A DNA stretch of 64,000 nt from a virus: positions 79,505-143,504 of the IMG/VR virus record IMGVR_UViG_3300045988_166055; one strand, 5' to 3'. Under the pieces are notes generated by a model. It did no database searches. It was not told the origin of the DNA and worked only from the letters and a program-made list of their open reading frames with translations. Positions 36,025 to 43,031 of the stretch are shown piece after piece. The position numbers and the translations under genes are program-made. Each line of letters starts with the position of its first letter. Position 1 is the first letter of the stretch.

Positions 36025-37268
36025 TGTTTAATAAGTATCCTGAATTACGAATTGCATATGAAAAAGAATGCAGACGACAGGAACAAAACATAGAGTTCAT
36101 TGCTTCAGAAAATTTTGTAAGTATTGATATATTATCAGCCCTAGGAAGTGTATTTACAAACAAATATAGCGAAGGGTATCCAAAGTACAGAACTGAAGAT
36201 AAGGGAAACAAAGGAAGATACTACGGAGGGTGTCAATACATTGACGAAGTAGAAGATTTCTGTATTGAGCAATGGAAGAAAGTATTTCATTTAGATCATA
36301 AGATATCTGGATTGAATAAAACAAGTTATCATGTCAATGTTCAGCCTCATTCTGGTTCGCAAGCTAATATGGCTTCGTACATGAGTGTACTTAATCCTGG
36401 TGACACTATTCTGTCAATGAACCTAAACAACGGAGGGCATCTTACACACGGATCCTCTGTTAATTTCTCTGGAAAACTTTATAATGTTGTTTTCTATGAT
36501 GTAGATGAAAGAGGATACATTGATTATCTTGACATTGAAAAGAAGATAAAAGAGTTCAAACCTAAACTTGTTTTAGCAGGAGCAAGTGCCTATTCTAGAA
36601 CAATTGATTTTGAAAGGATATATAACATAATAAATATATGTTCGACTCATGATTACAGGCCGTATTTCATGGTAGATATGAGTCATATAGCAGGATTAGT
36701 TGCTACAGGTAACCATCCTTCTCCCTTTGGTTATGCAGATATTATAACTACCACAACACACAAGACATTAAGAGGGCCTAGAGGTGGTATAATATTTTGT
36801 GTAAATGACCTTGCAAAGAAAGTAGATAGTTCAGTATTTCCTGGTTGTCAAGGTGGTCCACTTCAGAATGTAATTCTTGCAAAGGCAGTATGCGCTTGTG
36901 AAGATTGCCAACCGGAATATTACAAATACATTGATAAAGTTGTTAGGAACGCAAATGCAATGGCCACCAGGTTCAAACAGCTTGGTTACGAAATAGTAAC
37001 AGGTGGAACCGATAATCACATGTTCTTGATTGACTTGTCTAAAACTCATCCTAATTTATCCGGTAGAAATGTTCAGGAATATTTAGACAAATTTAATATA
37101 ACCGTTAATAAGAATTGTGTACCAAATGAAAAACGAGGTCCTCAGCAAGCTTCAGGAATACGGATTGGTACACCTGCAATGACAACTAAGGGCTGGTCAG
37201 AAACGGATTTCATAATTTGCGCTGAGAAGATTGACGAGCTAATTAAACAGCTAAATAAGAATCGTTAA
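36021..37268 (+). CDS. glyA: serine hydroxymethyltransferase
   Basis: IASENFVS...TNKYSEGYP..RYYGGC.YIDEVE, and the PLP-lysine motif TTTTHKTLRGPRGG. Confidence 0.9.
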   Translation: MMFNKYPELRIAYEKECRRQEQNIEFIASENFVSIDILSALGSVFTNKYSEGYPKYRTEDKGNKGRYYGGCQYIDEVEDFCIEQWKKVFHLDHKISGLNKTSYHVNVQPHSGSQANMASYMSVLNPGDTILSMNLNNGGHLTHGSSVNFSGKLYNVVFYDVDERGYIDYLDIEKKIKEFKPKLVLAGASAYSRTIDFERIYNIINICSTHDYRPYFMVDMSHIAGLVATGNHPSPFGYADIITTTTHKTLRGPRGGIIFCVNDLAKKVDSSVFPGCQGGPLQNVILAKAVCACEDCQPEYYKYIDKVVRNANAMATRFKQLGYEIVTGGTDNHMFLIDLSKTHPNLSGRNVQEYLDKFNITVNKNCVPNEKRGPQQASGIRIGTPAMTTKGWSETDFIICAEKIDELIKQLNKNR

Positions 37269-37279
37269 TAAGTATGTAG
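37259..37279 (+). promoter_or_regulatory. class-1 promoter-like box (long form ending ATGTAG)
   Basis: GAATCGTTAATAAGTATGTAG overlaps the glyA stop codon. Confidence 0.5.
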
Positions 37280-37462
37280 GCAGACAACATCTGCTTACAA
37301 CCAGAAGAGAAGGGTCGCTACCTTCGGGAAGTGCTATTTTTGGGACGAGCACTCAGGCAAGTTGGTGGGTAGCCTTGCCAGTTAAAACTCATTTGTATCA
37401 AATCAGAAATGATTGTATTTTGACTTATCTAAAAGCTAAAGTTTTACGAACTAGAAAGAAGT

Positions 37463-37675
37463 TTGATGATATTGAAGTCTGAGTCAAATAAATACTACGA
37501 TCAGATTGATAAAGCTATCAAGTCATATGAACAGTTTAGACCTTGTCATCCTATGGGTCCTGATAAAATATGTGACAAGATTGATTGGTGCTGGAAATGG
37601 AGAAAAATTTCTGAAAATCAAATGCACAACCTGGTCGATAGAATAGTTTATCTTATGGACAATAACTTAGTTTGA
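37463..37675 (+). CDS. hypothetical small protein (TTG start)
   Basis: 70-aa ORF with a weak RBS. Confidence 0.35.
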   Translation: MMILKSESNKYYDQIDKAIKSYEQFRPCHPMGPDKICDKIDWCWKWRKISENQMHNLVDRIVYLMDNNLV

Positions 37676-37689
37676 TCTTATTTTAATAT

Positions 37690-37764
37690 TGGGGCGTAGC
37701 CAAGCGGAAAGGCAGTAGACTTTGACTCTATTATTCGCTGGTTCGAATCCAGCCGTCCCAGCCA
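37690..37764 (+). tRNA. tRNA-Gln (anticodon UUG)
   Basis: Hand-folded cloverleaf. Acceptor TGGGGCG/CGTCCCA, anticodon loop CTTTGAC, T-arm GCTGG-TTCGAAT-CCAGC, encoded CCA. Confidence 0.9.
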
Positions 37765-37965
37765 GTGGTCAATTAGCTATTGACTGATGTCAGAGTAATC
37801 AGCTAACCTGACAAAGAATGAAAATGATCGCTGAAAACTGCTACTAAAGGATTCGTCCTCATTATTCACCTTAAGATAGTGGCTAGTTATTTGTGGATTA
37901 CTAGTTGATGATGATTAGCGTGACAATCTAAGCGGTAAGCTGATGAATAGTTAGGAGGAACATAA

Positions 37966-38349
37966 ATGAAAATTCTTCGTCATCAAAACATAGAAGGAAT
38001 GGCGAGAGTTGGATTTACTTCAGATAGCTACGAAGTATACGTCAATACAGACGATGGTGGAAAAATTCCTCACTTTCATTACAGACTGAAAAATGATTGG
38101 AATAAGTTTCACACATGTATAAAAATTGAAAGTCCTGAATATTTTCATCATACAGGTAAAGAAAGCGTGTTGAATTCTAAACAAATTAGATCGCTCATTC
38201 GATTTCTTAAGTCATCTGTATCTCTATCACAATATAGTGAAAAATTTTCTAACAACTTTGAATTGATTATTTTTCTATGGAACATAAACAATTCGGATGT
38301 TATAGTTGATCCTGAAACAAAAATTCCTGATTACTATCAACTAAATTAA
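37966..38349 (+). CDS. hypothetical protein (DUF4160-like IPHFH motif)
   Basis: 127 aa with an AGGAGG RBS. Confidence 0.5.
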   Translation: MKILRHQNIEGMARVGFTSDSYEVYVNTDDGGKIPHFHYRLKNDWNKFHTCIKIESPEYFHHTGKESVLNSKQIRSLIRFLKSSVSLSQYSEKFSNNFELIIFLWNINNSDVIVDPETKIPDYYQLN

Positions 38350-38352
38350 ATC

Positions 38353-38373
38353 CAATCGTTATTAAGTATGTAG
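38353..38373 (+). promoter_or_regulatory. class-1 promoter-like box (long form)
   Basis: CAATCGTTATTAAGTATGTAG. Confidence 0.5.
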
Positions 38374-38536
38374 CAGCTAGTAAGCTGTAACATAAGGAGC
38401 TCACAATCCTGCCGAAATATCTTCTAGAATATTTCCGCACAATATAGAAAAGAGTGGGTGGCAAGGAATATGCCAGGAATGATTCTAAGCTTGACATGCA
38501 AGTACAACCGGGTGAGAAACTAGTCCCGGTAAATAT

Positions 38537-38611
38537 TGTCAATTAGTTTATGAGGTAAAACATTGTAGCTTAAGATACAATAAGTTGGTTCAATTCCAAC
38601 ATTGACAGCCA
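38537..38611 (+). tRNA. non-canonical tRNA-like gene with an 8-nt anticodon loop GCTTAAGA and a 3-nt variable loop
   Basis: Acceptor TGTCAAT/ATTGACA, D-arm GTTT/AAAC, T-arm GTTGG-TTCAATT-CCAAC, G73 and encoded CCA. The anticodon stem TTGTA/TACAA leaves 8 loop nucleotides. The most canonical reading is anticodon UAA on a short-variable-arm body. Confidence 0.5.
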
Positions 38612-38730
38612 TCGGTCATTGTTGACTGACGCCCACCGAATCTGCTATCTTAGATCATCAGTAGCAGATGCAGTTTTCTAGTTCTCTTTTCTGTTCATCG
38701 AACGTGTTGAAAATAAAGAGAATAATATAT

Positions 38731-38822
38731 GGCGCGATACCGAAGTGGTCATAACGGAGCGGTCTTGAAAACCGTAGGCGGTGATGAGCCGTCCGTGGGT
38801 TCGAATCCCACTCGCGCCGCCA
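38731..38822 (+). tRNA. tRNA-Ser (anticodon UGA)
   Basis: Acceptor GGCGCGA/TCGCGCC, loop CTTGAAA, long variable arm, G73, CCA. Confidence 0.9.
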
Positions 38823-39045
38823 TGCCTTTTCATTCAGCTGACATTAGATTGTCAAATTGATGAAAGTGAAACCAACTATGCTGGCAGGTTGTCGACGGGT
38901 TGAAGAGCCGTAGAGTCTAAACTATTCTCCTCTATTCTAGAAAGAGTCGGAAAGCTAGGCCCCGTAGTAGCAGCCGAAAAGTATCCTAAAACGATAGGCG
39001 TTAAAAAATGTTTTATAGGTGACAGCCCGGAAAGACGGGCATTCT

Positions 39046-39141
39046 CATCTGCTAGAACAATGGTAGTTCAGATAAGTTTATGCTTATTCCGTGTCTGTTG
39101 GTCAATCAGACATTATCTCGGTTCGAATCCGAGGCAGGTGA
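39046..39141 (+). tRNA. aberrant 96-nt tRNA-like gene A (giant extra arm; loop contains TAT; no encoded CCA)
   Basis: Acceptor CATCTGC/GCAGGTG, D-arm GAAC-AATGGTA-GTTC, T-arm CTCGG-TTCGAAT-CCGAG, A73. The anticodon arm is GATAAG-TTTATG-CTTATT (6 bp stem, 6 nt loop). The 28-nt variable region carries a GTCTG/CAGAC hairpin. Confidence 0.45.
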
Positions 39142-39473
39142 CAAATGTCTACTGGTCACCATCTACATACGACAATCAAAACTGCATAGGAGATGGAATT
39201 GGCAACGGCAGCCATGATAAGTGAAGCGATGTTCGAGTCATCAACCTGATCCTGTTCGACTCAGGCAGGGCATGGTGCAAAACTTATCAAGAGGAACTAA
39301 GTACCTGCCTCGCTTCGGATAGCAAAGAAGGCGTTAGTAGTAATCGAAAAACTACTCGCGGTTACAGGGAGGGAGCGGCGTTATAGGTAAACCTCCTGGG
39401 TGTTCTGCTATCGTGCACCTTAGAAAGGCGAAGCTTTTCAGTTAGGACTAATCCGGCCAGATAGCAAAAATAT
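39142..39473 (+). ncRNA. ORF-free structured spacer (candidate ncRNA)
   Basis: No ORF of 60 aa or more. Two T-arm-like hairpins are present (GATG-TTCGAGT-CATC 39228-42 and CCTG-TTCGACT-CAGG 39251-65), along with further GC-rich hairpins. Confidence 0.3.
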
Positions 39474-39547
39474 GCGGATATAGTGTAACGGTAACATGCG
39501 ACTCTTCCAAAGTCGTGTTGCGGGTTCGAGTCCCGTTATCCGCTCCA
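39474..39547 (+). tRNA. tRNA-Gly (anticodon UCC)
   Basis: Acceptor GCGGATA/TATCCGC, loop CTTCCAA, CCA encoded. Confidence 0.9.
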
Positions 39548-39565
39548 TAGAAGGAGGTGACAAAT

Positions 39566-39901
39566 ATGTCTGTTTATAAATGCCCAGTTTGCGGAGGAAG
39601 AGGATTTGTTACTTGCGGATTCTATTCAAGTCAAACATACGATGGAAGCTCGGTAACTAATTACAATTCAACTGAAGTTTGTAGAAGCTGTAATGGTAGA
39701 GGAATTATATTTGATGAATTCTTAGGATCAACTTCAAATAGTATTCATAGATATTGCAGTAATTGTGAAATGAACGATGGTATGGTGTATCCATCGTATC
39801 CTCCTAAATACAGATGTACTTTATCAGGTAATTTCAATGAAGGAACGCATACATGTAATCTAGATGATATTTTGTCAAAGGAAAATAACCAATCTGAATA
39901 A
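39566..39901 (+). CDS. DnaJ-type zinc-finger (CxxCxGxG x2) small protein
   Basis: CPVCGGRGFV ... CRSCNGRGII. ATG lies 9 nt after AGGAGG. Confidence 0.55.
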   Translation: MSVYKCPVCGGRGFVTCGFYSSQTYDGSSVTNYNSTEVCRSCNGRGIIFDEFLGSTSNSIHRYCSNCEMNDGMVYPSYPPKYRCTLSGNFNEGTHTCNLDDILSKENNQSE

Positions 39902-39945
39902 GTTGATAATCGGTAGGGCGCTGCGGTGTGCTTGACCGTGTTCTC

Positions 39946-39980
39946 CCGTCCGGGTGTTGGCGCATCCGGACGGCTTTTTC
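39946..39980 (+). terminator. rho-independent terminator
   Basis: CCGTCCGG 39946-53 pairs with CCGGACGG 39966-73 and is followed by CTTTTTC. Confidence 0.7.
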
Positions 39981-40028
39981 TATCTAGTAAATTATTAACG
40001 AATGATTAAGACTATTGACTTTTCATAA

Positions 40029-40049
40029 GAATCGTTATATAATATGTAC
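40029..40049 (+). promoter_or_regulatory. class-1 promoter-like box with an upstream TTGACT -35-like hexamer
   Basis: TTGACT-N17-TATATAAT geometry. The box is GAATCGTTATATAATATGTAC. Confidence 0.55.
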
Positions 40050-40096
40050 ATAAGTCAGCCAACACATCAAAAAGCTTCAAAGCTAAGGAGGAAAAA

Positions 40097-40411
40097 ATGA
40101 ACGGATACATTATCAAAGCTACATACCTCACAGGTCCGCATAAAGGAGCATCTTATTTCCTTCAAAAAGGCGGATATGTAACATCCGATCCCGATGACCA
40201 GTGGTCAGATAACTGCTACAAGACAGAAAACATCTGCAAGTCAATTTGCATGAAGCTTGAAAGAAGCAACATGGCTGAAAACGTAGTAGAGAAAAGAACA
40301 AGAGAGTATAGATCTCAAAAAGGGTACAATGTATCCGATTTCATGATCTACGAATTGATGAAATATGAACCGTATTTTGTCAAAACTGTTCACAATTCGG
40401 ATGTTTTCTAA
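40097..40411 (+). CDS. hypothetical protein
   Basis: 104 aa with an AAGGAGG RBS. Confidence 0.55.
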   Translation: MNGYIIKATYLTGPHKGASYFLQKGGYVTSDPDDQWSDNCYKTENICKSICMKLERSNMAENVVEKRTREYRSQKGYNVSDFMIYELMKYEPYFVKTVHNSDVF

Positions 40412-40424
40412 GGAGGTATTCACA

Positions 40425-40697
40425 ATGATCATCAATTCTCGTTTAGAAGCAAGGAAGTCTGTTAAGGATAACTTCGAGCTCGCTTGTAAATTTCAAATGA
40501 CAGTCATCAATGTCTTTCATAAGGACTTGATTACAGGTGAAATTGTTCTCACTGATATGTTCAGCCACGATAGTATTCAAGCCGTTACATGGAGAGACGA
40601 TTACCTTGAATCGTTAAAGAAGCTAGAGGTACCTTACATTTGCTATGTGGGAGATCATTTCACAGAATCATCTGGCTACTTAGACTTTGAGGAGTGA
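40425..40697 (+). CDS. hypothetical protein
   Basis: ATG 40425 follows AAGGAGG. The ORF-track start at 40365 is unlikely. Confidence 0.5.
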   Translation: MIINSRLEARKSVKDNFELACKFQMTVINVFHKDLITGEIVLTDMFSHDSIQAVTWRDDYLESLKKLEVPYICYVGDHFTESSGYLDFEE

Positions 40698-40702
40698 CAA
40701 TC

Positions 40703-40987
40703 ATGGATAGAAAAGTTTTTGAAGCTTTATCTTCTGCAAATAAATTGATCAACCATCAACTTGATTGTCAAAAGGCCGCTATTCCTGATATACAAAAAGC
40801 TATTGAAGAAACAGCGAAAGCTTTCAATATCACTTACAAACAAGGCCGCAGTGAAGGATTTGAATCCGAAACTATTGATGATATAGCAGAAATTTACGGA
40901 TATCTAATCGGAGCTAAAGGTGCAATTGAAGCGGTCATATCTAAGTTAGAAGGAGCAAAGAATATGATGTCTAATTTTGATAAATGA
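40703..40987 (+). CDS. hypothetical protein
   Basis: ATG 40703 follows GAGGAG. Confidence 0.5.
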   Translation: MDRKVFEALSSANKLINHQLDCQKAAIPDIQKAIEETAKAFNITYKQGRSEGFESETIDDIAEIYGYLIGAKGAIEAVISKLEGAKNMMSNFDK

Positions 40988-41135
40988 ATGAATACATGAA
41001 ACGAATAATCAAGAAATCGGCTGTAATCGGGATGGCTAAAGAACCGTCAAGAGGTGTTTTTAGATCGTTGATGGAGAAGTCCTGTCATTTCCTTTTTACA
41101 ATGACATAACTTCTCCCGGCGTTGCTAAATCCGGA

Positions 41136-41390
41136 TTGACTTACAACCACAAAAATTTGTGGCCTGATGTTAAACCTAAAGGATGCAATAAACCGTATAA
41201 TTACTACCCTCGTGGACGAGTAGAGCTAGGAAAGAAAAATTCTATCATATATGTAAATCCTAACTTCGATAAATATGATTTAGCAGAAGTTAGAAAGGAT
41301 TTTGGACTTATCAATGAGCCTAAAGTAGTATTTGATAATTCAGATCATTACAAATGTTATCTAGATGACGGATGGAAGCCAGATAAATAA
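41136..41390 (+). CDS. hypothetical protein (TTG start, weak)
   Basis: 84-aa ORF. A 41-aa ORF (40984-41109) precedes it, so this may be a disrupted gene. Confidence 0.3.
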   Translation: MTYNHKNLWPDVKPKGCNKPYNYYPRGRVELGKKNSIIYVNPNFDKYDLAEVRKDFGLINEPKVVFDNSDHYKCYLDDGWKPDK

Positions 41391-41411
41391 CAATCGTTAT
41401 ATAAAATGTAG
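41391..41411 (+). promoter_or_regulatory. class-1 promoter-like box (long form)
   Basis: CAATCGTTATATAAAATGTAG, 12 nt upstream of tRNA-Leu. Confidence 0.55.
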
Positions 41412-41422
41412 TAATCAAATTT

Positions 41423-41510
41423 GCTGGTGTGGTGGAACTGGTAAGACACTTTAGACTTAAAATCTAACGCATTAAGTTGTGTACGGGTTCGAATCCCGTC
41501 ACCAGCACCA
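41423..41510 (+). tRNA. tRNA-Leu (anticodon UAA)
   Basis: Acceptor GCTGGTG/CACCAGC, loop CTTAAAA, long variable arm, A73, CCA. Confidence 0.9.
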
Positions 41511-41543
41511 TTGTCACAGTCATCTTGATTGTGTGGATTGAAA
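41511..41543 (+). repeat. post-tRNA box, copy 1 (hairpin plus GATTGTGTGGATTGAAA)
   Basis: TTGTCACAGTCATCTTGATTGTGTGGATTGAAA. The 17-mer at 41527-43 is identical to 43048-64. Confidence 0.6.
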
Positions 41544-42539
41544 TAAGGGCATACGGAGAAAGTGGTCGTATAAACGTTGTGGTGATCAAGCAATGCCTGA
41601 AGTATCAACGTGACAGATCGGAGAGACGATCAAAAGCGAGGTTCGATTCAGGAAGGTTACAAAATGTATTCCATTTAGAACCGGGTTACGCTGTCTAAGT
41701 GGTTGCCCCTGATGGTCCGGTACGATTCCGGAGGGAATGATTGCTAGAATCATTCCTAACGCTTAGACCTATCTTTTCTATATAGCTGGCCACTATTCTG
41801 CCAATCGACGGATTGGATGAGGTTTCGACCATCAGATAAACGGCTGAAAATGTATAGGCGTTTACTGCTTAACGAAATGAAGCGGGCTGTTGTTCATCTC
41901 AGGATAAAAAGATGGCGTGCCAGCCGACATTGTTAGCCTATTTCGGTAGGTATTCGGTTAGAATAAGGAATGCTACTTATTCGGGAGCTAAATTGAATGT
42001 GCATCCTTCTGAAGTTGGAGTCTCGAAGATAACGGTTCTGAGAGATAGATGTTAAGTTAGTACTTAGCATTGAGGTTAAACTTGTCAGCTCCTAAAAGTT
42101 AATATCGAGCAAACTCACCATAAAGTGTTCTAGCTGCTAATCTAAAAGAGAATGAGATGATTAGAAGGATTGAGCGAATCTAGATGCTCGTTATTATATT
42201 TGCCATCTGCTGGTCCTACACAGCAGTGAGGATGGTAGGACATCCAATAACCAAGCAATCGGTGGAGATAGCGCCGGACACCTCGCCTGTTGAGGAGGGA
42301 ATTTGAACAAAAAGGTAAGATATGTTCACACCAGAACATAAGGGCATATGGAATGGTGAAAATACTTACTAAACCAATCTGCTAGGTTATCTGAGAGAAT
42401 GTCAGGATTTGAGGCAGATAAGTGATAGAATGCAGTACTCTCATTTGACTTTGAGAAGAACCTTTCATATTATCACTTAATGAGTTCTATGCGTTGCAAA
42501 CACTTCTCTCATTCGGGATAGAAAAGAAGGGTTAGACAT
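41511..42539 (+). ncRNA. candidate large structured ncRNA (about 1.03 kb) between tRNA-Leu and tRNA-Glu
   Basis: No RBS-preceded ORF. Exact long-range helices pair 41709-17 with 41827-35 and 42419-27 with 42471-79. A pseudoknot-type complementarity pairs 42213-19 with 42235-41. There are many local hairpins. Confidence 0.45.
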
Positions 42540-42614
42540 GGCGCCTTGGTCAAGTGGTTAAGACACGGCCCTTTCACGGCTGTAACATGGGTTCGAGTCC
42601 CGTAGGCGTCACCA
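42540..42614 (+). tRNA. tRNA-Glu (anticodon UUC)
   Basis: Acceptor GGCGCCT/AGGCGTC, loop CTTTCAC, CCA. Confidence 0.9.
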
Positions 42615-42705
42615 TCACATCCTATAGGATGTGTTAAGTGTGATATATGGTAACAGATTCCGACCTAAGCGCACGGGTCTTCTAGAGGCCTTCGGAATCG
42701 AATAT

Positions 42706-42781
42706 CCGGGTGTAGCTCAGATGGTAGAGCGCGTGGTTTGGGACCACGATGCCGCTGGTTCGAATCCAGTCACTCGGACCA
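42706..42781 (+). tRNA. tRNA-Pro (anticodon UGG)
   Basis: Acceptor CCGGGTG/CACTCGG, loop TTTGGGA, CCA. Confidence 0.9.
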
Positions 42782-42801
42782 TTTTTTCATTCAATTTTTA
42801 T

Positions 42802-42822
42802 TCATCGTTATATAACATGTAG
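42802..42822 (+). promoter_or_regulatory. class-1 promoter-like box (long form)
   Basis: TCATCGTTATATAACATGTAG. Confidence 0.5.
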
Positions 42823-42924
42823 GAGGCATCCATCTCGGATACAATACTACAACGTAGATAGAGAAAACATTTTCTCTGTAATGAGAGGTAAGATACTCTT
42901 GAAGTCGCCTAAAAAAATAAATTA
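42823..42924 (+). ncRNA. candidate small RNA (about 100 nt) between two class-1 boxes
   Basis: No start codon. It contains the hairpin AGAGAAAA-CA-TTTTCTCT and ends in an A-run. The next class-1 box begins at 42925. Confidence 0.3.
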
Positions 42925-42945
42925 GCATCGTTATATATCATGTAG
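42925..42945 (+). promoter_or_regulatory. class-1 promoter-like box (long form)
   Basis: GCATCGTTATATATCATGTAG, 11 nt upstream of tRNA-Thr. Confidence 0.55.
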
Positions 42946-42955
42946 CATAAAATAT

Positions 42956-43031
42956 GCTGGATTAGCTCAGTTGGCAGAGCGCGTGATTTGTAATCTCGAG
43001 GTCAAGGGTTCGAGTCCCTTATCCAGCTCCA
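42956..43031 (+). tRNA. tRNA-Thr (anticodon UGU)
   Basis: Acceptor GCTGGAT/ATCCAGC, loop TTTGTAA (one U-U mismatch in the stem), CCA. Confidence 0.85.

Noticed and set aside
37311-37330. ZTP (pfl) riboswitch-like GGGTCGC segment near glyA
   Set aside because: It lies downstream, not upstream, of glyA. I could not find the second conserved half (CCGCCTGGGC-type pseudoknot partner).
37940-37946. Hammerhead ribozyme cores (CTGATGA at 37940-46 and 43561-67)
   Set aside because: Neither is followed by a stem II hairpin plus GAAA, and neither has a matching stem I/III with a cleavage triplet. Chance occurrences of a 7-mer are expected.
41819-41830. tmRNA (GAGGTTTCGACC resembles the GGnTTCGAC near tmRNA 5' ends)
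   Set aside because: There is no tRNA-Ala-like acceptor/T-arm pair ending in CCA and no tag reading frame ending in a hydrophobic ...AA-stop. In this fold the segment is the 3' strand of the 41709-17/41827-35 helix.
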